Source: Tubiluchus corallicola
Lineage: Eukaryota; Animalia; Priapulida
Assembly: GCA_030141605.1 (NCBI GenBank)
Contig: JAQGDQ010000195.1
Location: 186,001-250,000, forward strand
Direction: 5' to 3'
DNA: 64,000 nt
Below are positions 34,818 to 48,977 of this stretch, in pieces (within the stretch, counting starts at the first letter, position 1; every line of letters begins with the position of its first letter). The notes beneath the pieces were generated by a model. That model was given only the letters and a program-made list of their open reading frames with translations. It was not told where the DNA came from and did no database searches. Made by a program: the position numbers and the translations under genes.

Positions 34818-37403
34818 TGATAGTCTTTGGCAAATCTTGAACGGGTGTGTGAAAAATTAAAGTAAACATGCAAGATATTTGTTTTTAAAAAGAAATGCAG
34901 GAACATATTCTGTTAAATGATGGCATTAAATTCAACAAAAAATTCTGCATTTTATATTTTTCGAATATTCGAATATATTTCGAATATATATATTCATCAA
35001 AAACTCATCATGAACTCTTACACAAATTATGTATCACGTTGCCTTCGTGTTGTTACTAAAATGCCAGTCCAGCTTTTTTCAAAATTATGTTAAAATTTTA
35101 AGCTATGGTTAGCCATGATTCTGTCTTATTACAAAGTGCTGTTTTTGATACAGGGAAAATGCAGTCCTGTAGACAGAATGTGGAGAATTGATATTTAGGA
35201 GTGACTGAATAATATTTTTGGCTTAAAAATATTCTGATAAAATTCATTTTTGACACTTTATGAATTTGTCTTGATTAATATTCTGAGGTATGAAAATATC
35301 TCTGCAACATCTTCACTGTCAATTTAATTTATTGCAAGATTGCTCTATTTATGATGGCTTTTTGAACCATTGGGAATTAATATAGTCTTTTTTACATTAA
35401 TAAATTGATCACTGATGAAAACATGATTTCCACTAAATGCATCACGGGGTGATAAATCACTTCCACTCTGAAAGATTCTTGACTTTTTCTCTGGCTGTTA
35501 GAAAACTTTTATCAAATTTCCCTGAGAAAAAGTTCAAATTAAGGCAATTAGGCCTGGCTGGAAATTAATTAGTACAAAAACGTACCATCCAATAACCATT
35601 TTTGTGTGTTGTGTCTTTAGATGTGTATTTGCCATATGCCTAGTCCATAAATCTTATTTTTTGCTACATAGTTATTGATGTGCGTTGTAAATTTTGTACT
35701 CGAGTCCCATTGCTATTTATGAAATGTATATTTGATGCTCGTGTAATATGCAATGTTGGTAAATTCTGTATTTATTTTGTTCATATATTTTTTGGTAGAA
35801 TATAGGAACTCTTACAATTGCTGAAATAACTTACTGACGATTTACCTTCATTTGTGAGCTCTGAAGCTGTTACACTGTGAACAAATAGTTATAAATCACT
35901 TTAAATGATCTTAATCACACGACTTACTCGAATGGTAATCAGAAAAATATGAGCCTAAACATAGCCTCGATTGTAATGTGATCCTCTGCATTGTGACTAA
36001 TGCCACTTTCAGATTAACGAATTTTCTTGCTGAATGAATTCACCAAGTAACTTGCCAGCATGTTTAGACTAGAAAGCAAAACTTGCCGCGAGTTTCTCTT
36101 CTACAGCAAACGTTTTACTCTCTCACAGTCAGTGCAAGTTGGCACTCACTTTTTTATTCACTGTGTGAAGTGTCTAGAGCGTCTAACTCGTCACACTCGA
36201 CAAGTAAATCAACTTGCAGGAACTGTCAGAGAGCTTGCAATTTCTCAAAGAGTAATTTCCTCAGAACTTCAGTCAGTGATTGAAGGTTCTCATGCCAGGC
36301 TGATTTTGCACCTATCTTCTAACATTACTGTCATCGCCATGGCAACGGGGTTCAGGTCAAACAACAAATAGAAAGAATTGCCCAAGACCCCTTTTGATTA
36401 ATGTAAGTGAATTTTTAAGATAGGAGAAAGAAAATTAGAAATCAAAAGGTATAGTGACTTTTGAGACACTCTGTATTTGTATAAATGATGGGAATTAATC
36501 CCAATTAGATTGTTCTTTGCCTCTTTTAAAGCGATGCGTTTGAAATATTTTCTTTTTCCAGTTATCCCATTTCCGTGTGCGTATCCAAAATTGTAGCATA
36601 GCTTAGTCTGTTTGTCTGTCTGACGCTTTGTCTGAGAAAGCAACCATAATGTCCAGTTTATAGGCTTGTTTTTTTTGTATTTTAGCTGTTGTTTTCACTA
36701 TTTTTATTTAAAAATGATAACGATAAAGTGCACACGTATTGTGCTGGTGATTATATCTGTGTTTTTTTTCTTTATTTTACACTTGAAAACATATTTAATT
36801 GTATGTTTTATTTTGTTTTGCTTTTTTAGTTTATTTTACTTACTTATTGCATTACAAGACATGGAATCTGGCAAAAGAACTTGTAACTAACATCTTTAAA
36901 TGAGAATATAGCATAATCACATTGTTTGCTATAGCTAATTATATACTCTATTATAGCTATTGATTTACTACATTATTAAGCAATCATGATATCTTGGATT
37001 TGATGTTGTTTGTGTTTTTTCTAAAATTGTGTCTTTATTTTCAGTTTTACTGCCCTAGAAAGTTGATTGCCAATCTTTTCTTCTTACTATTTATGTAAAA
37101 TTATGTTAAAATTTGCCTTGCATCACGTGCAGTGAATTTGCAAGGGTATAGAAATTTTTAGTTATTTTCACTCTTGTGACTAAGGTTTGCTATTGTTGGC
37201 CTCCTTAGAAGCATATACTGAAATTAACGATAGCATTGCACTTGTGAGGCTATATTCAATTTTGAGTTGGCACCATTCTTGTAAGGTTATGCTAAACTGT
37301 CATTTGTTGTAGTGCATGTTGAGATTTGTAGCTATTTTTGTAAGACCACATTAGAAAATTCAGTTGTTCTTGCTATTAGAACGCTGTGCAAAAACACACT
37401 TGT

Positions 37404-37600
37404 TGTCACTCTTAGAAGGCTGCTCTAAAAACTCGCTTACTGTCACTCTTAGAAGGCTGCTTTAGAAACTCACTGTCACTCTTAGAAGGCTGCTCTAAAA
37501 ACTCGCTTACTGTCACTCTTAGACGGCTGTGCCAAAAACTCACGTGCTGCCACTCTTAGAAGGCTATTCTAAAACTCGATTGTTGCCACTCTTACAAGAC
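37404..37600. repeat. ~37-bp minisatellite, 5-6 degenerate copies
   Basis: TGTCACTCTTAGAAGGCTGCTCTAAAAACTCGCTTAC repeats. Confidence 0.9.
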
Positions 37601-38725
37601 CGCACTAAAGATTCGCTGTAGTGTCACTTAAAAGCCTATGCCCGAATCTACCTTGCGAACACTAAAGCAACTGTGTAATCTGCAACTCATCGACGTAAGC
37701 ATTGTGCATTTATTCCTATGGTAAACGAAACTAGACTATCATTTATTATATTCACCATTGAACTAATTCACTTGCAATTTCAATCGACAATAATAAAATC
37801 TAGAACGAGGCCACCGTTTCTCCTTCTAACTAATGAAAAGTTGAGCATTTTTCATAACAGTATTAGATGCCCGGCGATACGCAGATGCAGCTAAATGTCC
37901 CGAAGAACCGACGTTAAGTAAGCTCTACAGGAGTGTGCAAAATCTTGCACGCTGATTGGGCAGTCAACGAGAATGATTGACGTTATGCTTGACGTTTTAG
38001 TTTTTCAATGCAGTAATATAATCATTTTTTAAATTACTACAACTATTTAATGGATGATCTGGTCGGTGCGAGACAAGCTGACCAAAGTCTTAGAGAGAAA
38101 GAGAGAGATAACAGAGAGAGAAAGAATGAGGACAAAGTGACTGGAATGAGAGAGATGGGAGAGGTAAACTAAGCGTAATATAAAAAAGAAGTTTTTATTG
38201 TGTAACACAGCTTTATTGAAAACTTGTACAGTTGAATTAATTGCCACGTTTCGGCATTGATTTGCCTACGTCACCATGTTTTTGCTTTTATGTTCATTCC
38301 CATTTTGCGAAGTTACTTTTATTGAAATTTTTTGTTTTACTCTTTTAAGGCTGTAATGAATTATTTTCACTCATCGTCACTGTTATCAGGTTTCCTTAAT
38401 AACTCTGTTGTTGGTACTTGCATAAGGTTATGCTTATGGTGTGTGTGTGATTAATATTTGCTGTCACTGTTACATTGTTACGGTACTGAGATACTGTACT
38501 TTCTGAAATACACTAGCCCCCGTTATTTTTGCATACTGGTTTTATTTTTACTGTTGTGTAATATTGTTATTATTAATGTGACTAACCAATGTAATAATAT
38601 ATATTCAGTAAATTAACTGCTGTGCAAACTTAGCTTTTGTTCACGAGCAATTTCACTATAGAAAGACACTGCCTTCTCTTTGGTAAAAAGACAATTACTG
38701 CGAGATTAGATGTGTGTTTATTATA

Positions 38726-39473
38726 TTGGGTTACAGAAAAATGCACCGAAGTTTAGTCTAAATCAAAGCGCTACAAAGATGAAATCTCAAAGCCTAGTAT
38801 TACAATACAGTAACTTGCGGCTGTAATAATTACAAGTTTGTAATTTCTAAGTTGCTATTAAGAGAGTTTTGCAAATCAAGAGATTAAATGCTGAAACAAT
38901 GTCATCTATAATCCCAACTGAAAAACAACCGCCTTGAAAAACAACTGCGTGGGAGTGAAATAATAAAGAAATCAACAACTTTACATCATGGTCTCCACAG
39001 AAAATAAAGCACCGATAAAGATTTATTGTCAAGAAAAATTGAGCCTTGAGTCACTTAACCCTCTGCGTTACGGTATCTGGAATTCCCTTAAAAAGAAAGT
39101 GTAGAAAGTCAACACAGAGCCGTTTGATGAAGAGGAACTAAAGGCAAAAGTTGTTGAGTACTGAGACCAAATACCCCTTAAAGAAGTGAAAAACTGTGTG
39201 AGCTCTTGTAAAAAATGCCTTCATCTTGTTTTTGCTGAAAATGGTGAAAGCGTAGAAGTAACTATAGTTATATTGTGTACAGGCTTTTTTCGGCATTTAT
39301 TGTTTTGACTTGTCGATTTAAAACTTCTGTACCTTTGGAAAAAGACCTAAAATTTCTCAGTGTTTATATATAGACGTCTATAACATATGTATGGCAATTT
39401 TCAACCGAATCCGTTGTTCTTTTCATACAATATCGTGATAAAAAAAAACTTCGGCGCTTTTTTGCGCCGCCTG
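38726..39473 (+). mobile_element. Internally deleted Tc1/mariner-superfamily relic
   Basis: 39052-39260 reads LNPLRYGIWNSLKKKV*...EEELKAKVVEY*DQIPLKEVKNCVSSCKKCLHLVFAENGE (SPDLNPLDY-type C-terminus); decayed TIRs share AAAAA.GC.CCGAAGTTT. Confidence 0.75.
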
Positions 39474-40739
39474 ATATGAACAACACGTAGCGCCATCCAA
39501 AGACAGAAAAAACAACGAATTTCTTACTGCAGCTTTGGAGTTATACATAAACACAACAAAAATAGCAATAATATTCATGAAAGTACTGCATTATAATACT
39601 TTTTATTTTCCATACAACAAAACTAAGTTGAGTTCTTAACGTATAAAAATAAAGTACTGTACATAAACTTAATATATCGCAGGACCAAAGCAAAAAATAA
39701 ACCATCGGAATGCGAGAGATTCAATATAAAGAGCACAAGAGGCAATATGAAAAAATTACATTATATTCCTTGGTTTGTATTATGCTTTCGAAACCCCATG
39801 TTTTGCTAATGAGTTACTCTGATAAAGGTTAAGCGAAATTTTGATGGTGAATTAAAGTTGCCATTATTGCTAGGTAGGCAACCAGGGTAGAAGACAAAAA
39901 CTACTCAACCTCATAAATTGTCTAGCTCAATTTCACAAGCAGCAGCGCAACCCCATAAATTCATTCTCAGCCTCATAAATTAATAATCATTGTAACATAA
40001 ACTTACAAATTTTGGAGTTCGATTCCAATATTTCGCTATAAACAACACGGCGATAAGGCAATAATTTCAAGCGTTAGAATAATAGCAGCGGCTGAGAAAC
40101 ATATTCTAAAATGCAAAACACTCATTTGGGCCTATAATAATGATAAAATAACTAAGACTGGCTATGTATAAATACAACTGTCAACGATCATGCTACATTT
40201 CCACTTGTCCACTAAAATCATTATTAGTTTATTAAAAATTTTGTACACTAAATGCAGCTAAATTGTGATAATTGCGTGCTGTTTCAAACATTTTAATGAT
40301 AAAGAACATAATGTTGCTGAAGTCCTGAATTATTCTAATCTATAATTTTAGGTTCGAATTCGAACTAAAAAACCTCGTTCGAATCGAATTCGATTCGAAC
40401 TCAAACGCTCGATGCTCTCCCCTACTGGCGTGTTACAGTAACACTAACATAGAGATTGGCAACGCTGTTTCTTTGGTAGCATTTACATGTATAAATATTT
40501 GAATCATTGCATGAAATGCTGATTTGCTAACAAATTTTCCGATAACATAATAATAACAACAACAAGTTTTCAAGCCATGTAGTAAGCTTCCTGCAGCACT
40601 TCTGTCATACGGTGGTCCTCGACAGGCCTGGAGGCCTAACAAGTGGTCCGTGGTCTCAGGTCATAACCTGTAACTTGTACTTTGCACTCTATGATTTGTC
40701 CGAGCTAACTTGTGCACTCTTTGTGATAATCTCTGTTAC

Positions 40740-43700
40740 TTATTCCCACGGATCTAAATCACGGAGCTTGGCAGTCAATTGGAATTCATATTTTTTACAC
40801 GTTCCCCACCAGGATCGCTGCGAGCACTTCGATTCTGGTTTTAAAACGAAACACTGTCCCTGCACGTAGTTGAAGTAGAGTTTGCCCACGAAGTTACTGA
40901 TGGAAGATTTCGATTTTTGAAAACATCTTCTTAAACTGAAAAAAACCAGAAAAACGTGAAGATGGTGAATTAGATTTTAACCAAAACATCATTATATATG
41001 CCTGCATACATGAGGAGATTGACAATAAAATGACTGTGAATACACATGTATCACATATTGTATATACACATATGTCCACATATTGTCAATCTCCCAAGTA
41101 TGTATATAAAGTGTTTATATATTCATGTCATATACATACTTTTACTAGTTTGAAAAATAGGTCCAGTTTTCTAACTAATGATAGGGTTAAATTGATCTTT
41201 ATAGTGTGTCAGTTAGCCTTTAGACTAACAGAAATTGAACCTCATAGCAAGTTTTACTTATGACTTATGATACAACTATTAATAATCAACTTTTTATTGA
41301 ATGCCGAAATTTAAGAACTTATTTTTTCTCAAGTTTTGTGTTTCCAGAAGATAATAATTGGTGAATAGTGAGTGGGTCATTCATGCATTCCGCATAGTTA
41401 ATAAATAATGCCAAAGCTGGTCAGTAGATGGATGGGTGGTTACCTAGTTGGTATCAATACATTTCCCTGGGCAGTTTGTTTCGCCATACTGATTCTGGCT
41501 ATTTATTTCGCTGAGGAATTTAAACCACAAGAAAACCCTTTACTTTTATGAAGCTGAAAAATTTGTCTTGAAATTTCTATCGTCTACATACGGTATTGAT
41601 GTATGCAGAGTTTGTATTAACAGCCATTTTAACACTGAATCGTTTGAAAGAAGATTAGATAACATTGCGTAAAGATTTAACAAATAATCAGAGCATTCGT
41701 AGCGCACGCTTCACTAACTAACCTTTAACAAAAGTATAAATTACTGTAGCTTGTCAATAACGTTAAAAATAAGTTTTTTTGGTGAGTCAGTGATGCACAT
41801 TGGGAAGGTAAGTCAGTGTCGTTTTACCAATTGAGGGGGATATTTTAAATTGCTAAGAATTTTCTCTCCTAGTTACATAAGTCTTTTGAGCAGGTAAGCG
41901 TAATGCTAACTAATATGACTTTGTGTGAAATTTTTTTGGCATATGCTTAAAAATTGCTTTTCGTCTCTTAAGAAAGCCATTGCTGTCACTCCGTTTCATG
42001 CTCAATGAAGCGATTGCTTGTAGGTTGTAGCCTTGTGGCTCGTAAAAATTGAAATAGAATAAAATGCATGTTGTCTTGGAACTTTAATTCAAACGAAAGG
42101 CCAAACCTTCTAAGAAGTTAGACTTATTTCAATGTTCTCGAAAAATGTTAGAAGGATTTAGTAATGAAACTGCAGTAATCGCCTCGTGTAACTAGTAAAA
42201 TCACTTTAAAGTCGCGATCACTTCATGCTTGGGCGCTTCCATTTTCAAAGCCCATTCTTCTTCCAATGACGTCATTCGTCTTGGAAAAAATTTAGCACTG
42301 CCAATGCTCATCGAAAGTATAACAAATTTTTACAAAAAGTTAGATAACAGATTTTGCAATACGTTTGCTTGAACATTAGCTAAGCTGGAAACTGTTGTTG
42401 AATTAGTTTAAGCTGTGCGCGCTTACGGAAAGCCACGACGCGCTTACGGAAAGCCACGACGCGCTTACGAAGTCACGAAGTCTCCCAGTTACGCCATGAT
42501 TTTCAAGTGAGTGGCGGCAACCACCACGGTTTGTCCTATTCAGAGACAGTATATTTTAAATTTATGCTTTATAGGCAGTTCTTTGCAAATTTCTTAGTCA
42601 TACTTTTCTAAGTTTTTAAGTGATAACAGTGAAATAAACCTAACACAGTGAGATGACTTGTTCTTTCCTGAAATGGCGGGAAAGACCACATGGCTATAAT
42701 GATTGGGTCACCTTTGATTTTCTGATGCAGTTGACGTCAGCTTCCGACCAGGGGTGCAATAATGTTCAGACTAGACACATCAGTTACTTATCTTTGATGG
42801 ATCGTGATAGAGCAAGTTGGCAAAAACGCAAAGTAGGATGTCTTGACTTACAAAATCCCTAAGAACAAATTTCATCGAAAGCACATAAATATCCTGAAAC
42901 ACAAAGTGAAAAACCAGAGACGGAAAATCTGCAAGCGATGAATTTTGGGAGTTTCTCACGGAATTTCTTCGACTGGCCTGGGATTTGCTAACTTTAGTTC
43001 CTCGATTCGACAGACTTATTGACGTGCGTTGAGGTTTTCCATGGTTGTAAATATAGGTCAATGTTAGATTTACGTCTGTTCAAAAAGTTTTGAAGGACAA
43101 TGATGAAGTCAGCGGGAAAATTACTATTGAGTCAGCGTGCATTAAAAGAGAAGAAAATTCAATTGAAAATTATTTTACAAAATACTTTCGATACAAAGTT
43201 ACATTACCGTATTAATTAAATTACGCTAACAAGTGTTTGAAAGAATTATGTAACGACAAAAAATTCTTAATCGGTAAATTTAAAATGTTCGCGCCAAGTG
43301 GTAAAATGTGACTGACTCACCTTCCCAGTGTGCACCACTGACTCACCAAAAGTTGTTATTAATCTTATTGACAGGACAAAGTAATTTATACGTTTGCTTA
43401 GTTAGCCAAGAATGTGCTGCCAGTGCTCTGATTATTTTTTCAAACTTCACACAGTGTTATCTAAACTTGATGCAAACGACCTGACATTAAAATGGATGCG
43501 CCTGCGGTCATCGCGGGAATTTAAATTTGCAAGCTCTGCAGATAAAAGACAGTATGTTAAGTTACAAAATTTCAAGCTTCATTTATAGAGAGTAGTTTCT
43601 TGCAGTTTAATTAACCAGTTTCCTTAATAAAAGCGTATTATGGTGACTATTTTATTAAAAATCAATCATTTTTGAGAACATGAAGATTTCTTTGGAAACA

Positions 43701-46700
43701 AAAATTACAATATTCTCAGCCTTATTTGAAACTGTATTTTTAAATAACTCTGAGCTCTGGATATTGGAAGGAAATTATAAAGCTGAAATTGAGGCGTTTC
43801 AAAGGCCAAATTACAGAAACATTCTGGGTAACAGATGGCAGAAAAATTTCAAATAAAGATTTGTATGAAAAATTAAACGAGGAACCTTGGACAAGAAAAA
43901 TAAAAAGGCGCCAAAAAGGAATTAGGCAAGTGCAGATGTACTTAGGCAACCTGATGATAGTCCAATGAAGACAGTTCTTCATAGCAATAAAACTAGCAAG
44001 GTGGCAGATATAGGCCTATATTTTGCGTAGACAGTAGTTTCAGATTCAGACAATAGACACTTCAACACAGATCCTTAAAAATAGAAGCACATGATCAATG
44101 CAGATAATAAAAAGCCTGGCGTAATGAGGTCGGCAGAATCATGTCCCTGTATGATTCAATGGGCGGACGGATTACAACTTAAATTTCGGATAACAAAATG
44201 TTATCTATGGACCTCTTGACAAAGACCACGAAAATGACTAATCCAACCGTGCAATTTTCTAGATGACAAATCTGGAAAACAAAAAGCAATTTTTTTTTGT
44301 GTGTGTGAATGCATGTTTGTGAACAAAATCCATCCGCGCAAAAAAAACATCCATACTCGTCAAGGGTATTTTTGCTGAATTTGCTGTTTTGTTGAATTTT
44401 GCCTTTTGCATAAACCCCGGTATGCCGGAATTGACAACATTACAGAATTCAGAATATAAAAAACAATTCCTAGATTCAGACTCCTACTTACAACACAGGG
44501 CGTTCGTTCTAATCCCAAAAAGAATTTGTTAGTTTGCCAGATTGCCAAAACCTGGGCCTCGTAACTATCATAAGGTTTTGAAAATTAACTGCCATGACCT
44601 TACAAAAGGACATAAACTTACAAAGTTAAAGGAACTAGTAGCGGAAATAACGTCGCGTGTCATATTGAATTTTAATTGAGTCTCTAGGCATATTTAGGTT
44701 TTAAAGTACATGGTACATGGTCACATTTTGGCTGTATGACAATATACCAGCAAACATTTCGGCCCAAAGTCCACTCCAAGCTGACCGCAACCACCACTAG
44801 TACAACGTCCTGAGCTACAGTTCCAGTAAAGTTTGCCCTTACACTACATTAAGTAATAACCCGTAGAAACCACGTAGTGACCTGTATCCAAAGTAGACGC
44901 CATAGTAAATACTTGTTAATCTACCAATCTGTTTATTCGCCTACGATTAACAGATACTTTGTCAACCACCATGAACCGCAAACATTTATGGCTAATGTAA
45001 TACTGCTTGAAAAGGCAATCGCTATAGCTGCTGTATTTATCCTATGGATAATTTCCTTAGCTGAGAACTGACCTTGCTGTACTCACTCGGGAGTACCAAA
45101 GCAAAACCTTTGGGTTAAAGAGTTAAAGTTCAATTGGTCACTAAGCAAGGGTTAATGGATCATCAAGCACAGACTAGTAGTACTTTAGTTCACTCTTGTT
45201 TTCTCAAATGAAATTCGATGAAAAATGTCGTTTTATACATTAACGTAACCTTAACGGCGCGTTCAAACTTTTGAGGTTTCTCGCCAAATAATTCGCAAGC
45301 CTGTTCAGACTAGAGAGCAAAACCTGCTGCGAGTTACTCACCGACGGTAAGCACGACTCCCTGCTCTGTTTACTTCGCGAGTAACTCGCCGAGGCATTCA
45401 CATTAGACAGTAAAGTAACCGTCAATCGGCTTCCAATTTTTTGCCAGCAGTAAGTTGCAAAGTAGTTCACACTTGCGAGTTTGCAAGATTGAGAACTCGT
45501 GACAGAAAACTGGCTAGTCTGAACGTGCCGTAACGCAAAGGCTTGTTCACAGAATAAACGAAGTAATTACTATTGTTGTTATTGTAGATTAAAGCAGGTC
45601 TTTCTCCATGTTTTTGTTTAGGCTTAGATACCAGCAAGACCAAAAACGAACAAAAAAGTTTAGGGTTCTGAATTGACGGCTTGAAGCGCAATGCTATTCG
45701 TCCATAAACGATCGATGACGCGCGAACAGTCCACGCAGTACATTACTATTCAGGAAGAGTCCAAACAATCTGAGCTATGAGAAAGGGTTACAAGGTTAGA
45801 GTGGATTAATGTAGCTTTAAACCACACCTAAAGACGTGACTGTTACAAAGACACTATCGTCTGATGTGGAAATGGCCTCACAGCAGTTAACAAAGATCGT
45901 AAACATGTTTAATTGTGTCTGTCTGTCTCCTCCAACAATGGATGAACAGGCTCTATATTCACACTATGGTACATCACCTGTGACACTAATGATGACAAGC
46001 TTGGGTTATGGAGTTACCTGAGTAACCTGTCTTTATAGATTTTCCTTTGAACTTGCCGCACCAGCCTGCGCGACATTATCATTTCTGAAAGACTTCTGAT
46101 TTATTTTTTATATTGAACTGTTTCCTTGTACGCTCACTTTCTTTCTTCGTTCTATACTTTCTCATTTGCTTTCTTCCTGATTTTCTAATTCATTCATTCA
46201 TTCATTCATTCATTCATTCATTCATTCATTCATTCATTCATTCATTCATTCATTCATTCATTCATTCATTCATTCATTCATTCATTCATTCATTCATTCA
46301 TTCATTCATTCATTCATTCATTTATTCATTCACTCATGCATGTATTCATTCGTTCGATCATTTGTTCATTCATACGTTCATTTTTTCATTCATTCATTCA
46401 TTCCCTTATTCGCTCGTTTATGCACTTATTTAAACATTCTTTCATTCATCAATGTATTCTCGTTACTTTTATTTACTTGATTAAATCAAATGCCCTAATT
46501 AAAAGACAAGTGCTTGTTACTTAGATTCACTTCAAGACAGCTAAAAATTGTTAGTAACAAAGTAATTGCGTGTAAGTCACAATAATCTTCAAACTTATGA
46601 AACTTCATTGATAGTTTATTGATTAACAACGCAATACAATATACAATACAATGTACAAAAAAATCACGCAAAGCATCCCAACACTTTGTTATGATCGTCG

Positions 46701-48809
46701 TAGCTAATGTGGTTATAGCTAGAACTTGCTTTCGACGAAATTGATCAAACAAGCATTCTCAAGAGCGAAACGAACTAGACCAATAGACCATCAATAATTG
46801 CAATTGGTACTATACTCTAAAACCTGACCGACTCATCTTTTTCCACATGCATTCATGAAGCCATCAACTTTAAGAAGAAAACTCGTCAAAGGCATCGATC
46901 AAAATACGAAGTTAGTTTTCCACCAAATCAACGCAGATAAAGACATCTTTATTGCCAATAAAAAACCTGTAAAATATCTGATACTGTCTGCGCATTTCAG
47001 GCAAATAACCATAATTATTATAGGACAAAACACACAGCAAGGCTGAACGAAAAACTGGGTATTGAGGATATTTGCAGCCACTGGGTCAAACAGGCGCATT
47101 AAATCGATAAATATCTTAAAAATAAATTTTTGGGGAAAACTATAGTATATTCTGATGCGTCAAGTATGTATAGCACGTGCAAACACTTTAGTTAAATTAA
47201 GTTATTATTCTGATACGATACCTTTTTTGTTAAGTTCTGGTCAAACTAAACTTTTTCCTGTGGGTTGAGAAAAAGTTTTATATATTAACCACAACCTTTC
47301 TAATCCTGTAAATGTTTTTAAACCTGATTCACAATTTAATTTTTACTTATTACCATTGCAACAATTTTAGACAATGTACAACTTTTTTTATAATATTGAA
47401 ATCAATTTATTACAATGTATTGAATTCTGAATTGATCTCACTTCTGTACTTGTTCATCTATATTGAACCAATCTTTCAGATTAATATACATCTTGGGTTT
47501 TATATAGTGTCTGTCAGGTTGCAATTACATGTTTTGTTTGTGTGTTACTGTGTACATTTGTTTTTGTGTAAGTAATTTCTGCTTTTGGACTATAGTCCAA
47601 TGAGTAGAATGTATGTAATACTTTGATTTGTAATAAATAAAATGATTTTAAACTACTTCAAGGCAAAACTTCTTCCACACCTTCTTATTATACATAGTAC
47701 GAGTATAACGTAAGTACTGGTCTCGAAATCTACGTTACTCCCTTCTCCCTTCTGCTTTTGTATTGAATTTATCATCATCACCACAATGTTCATTATGTTG
47801 ATTGTACAAATTGGGCAAGCAGAACTCTAAAACAAAAATCTACCCTCAAGACAGATAAACAACAGCAGTAATCCAACAAAAACTAGACGCTGCTATGAGA
47901 GTGGTGTGTCAGTACCACTTCCGACATTGAATTTAGCTAAACGTCAAAATGTTAATAAGTAATCGTTATTGTTTTATGCTTCTGGTGTATTCAAATTTAT
48001 AATATGCAACTGGCTATTGTGGAAATAAAATTATTTAAATTAGAATCGACAATGTTTAATTGCAAAAGCGCAGAATTTACATACATTTACTTTTTTTGAA
48101 TTGCGCGTCAAGATTTCATTTAAACTACTTACCTGGCATCGCAGTCGCAATGATTCAACGTGTGAAACCTATAATTGAAGTAGCCATAGTTACTACTGAA
48201 GCCAGTTATTGTCCAAGGACAATGATCGTGCTGTCTACAACATCTGTCTGTGTAGGCTTCCTCCCCAAGATCAGAAAATGTTTTCGCGTTGTTTCCGACT
48301 CCGCACCATTTGGTCCCCGGAAACGTCAAATCGCGTTTTCGCCTCAAGATCGCGTGCGGTTTTTTGTGTTTGGTTTGCAAGGCTTTCTTGAGCGTGATGT
48401 GAAGTCGTCTACACTGTTTTTTCATAGCATTAAAATTGATGAAATTAGAATCGAGTTCACCATTATAATCAACGTCTTTGCTACCCGAATAAAAATCTGA
48501 CATAAATTTCTCTACGTCTCCTCTTTCGAGCGATTGATCGCAGTCTGTAAGAAGGCTGTCACCGGTGTAGACGAGCCTTAACACGCTTTCTCCGTTTGAC
48601 AGTTCTCGAAATTCAAAGGAGCTTATGTTACTCGACACTAGTGTTCGTTTTGCAAAAATTCCGTCTTCTAAAACTCTCAGTACTTCTTCGCCGTCGTCTA
48701 AGACTCTCAGTTTTCTATAAACAGGTGTTTGTTCTAACACACTTTTACAACTAGCGATATTTGTACAAACTAAGGTGACAAATATTAGATACTTTCCTAC
48801 CACCCACAT
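40740..48809 (-). CDS. Secreted phospholipase A2, group III (bee/scorpion/Heloderma type), prepro-form 290 aa, two coding exons
   Basis: Exon 48809-48133 (signal peptide, propeptide, RRKR, FPGTKWCG.G Ca loop, DRCCRQHDHC catalytic His-Asp, HCDCD) spliced in phase 2 to exon 40935-40740 (LRRCF...FVGKLYFN...QCF...C...WWGTC...DPWE*). Confidence 0.95.
41524..43606. mobile_element. Candidate ~2.1-kb non-autonomous DNA transposon with long (~450 bp) degenerate inverted arms, TTAA flanks
   Basis: 41524-41950 is the reverse complement (diverged) of 43180-43606, e.g. TTTTGGTGAGTCAGTG.TGCACA.TGGGAAGGT; TTAA at 41520-41523 and 43607-43610. Confidence 0.7.
43750..44135 (+). mobile_element. RTE-clade LINE ORF C-terminal relic
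   Basis: Frameshifted ELWIL...IEAFQR...RNILGNRWQ / ISNKDLYEKLNEEPWTRKIKRR / VLRQPDDSPMKTVL / ADNKKAWR, typical of RTE ends. Confidence 0.75.
46187..46405. repeat. (ATTC)n microsatellite
   Basis: Direct reading. Confidence 0.98.
47770..47925 (-). mobile_element. SINE-like fragment, copy 2
   Basis: Reverse complement of 23911-24068 family; (CAT)n tail at left. Confidence 0.7.
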
Positions 48810-48977
48810 TTTTATAGTTAGTATAAAAAGGCCTCCGATTTTGTTCTGTAAAAGTAGGTTAAGTACGAGACTTCGAACCAGTTATAGAGTCTGATGTTCA
48901 GGTTCCCTTGAAGGAATGAAGTATAAATCGATGGTCAGCTAAGTTGTGCTACCTGTTCTAGACACTAGCAGGTTTCT

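Noticed and set aside
40350-40424. Cluster of TTCGAA palindromes as a heat-shock element
   Set aside because: Ends in ...TCCCCTA like a hAT-type MITE terminus and lies 3' of both neighbouring genes.
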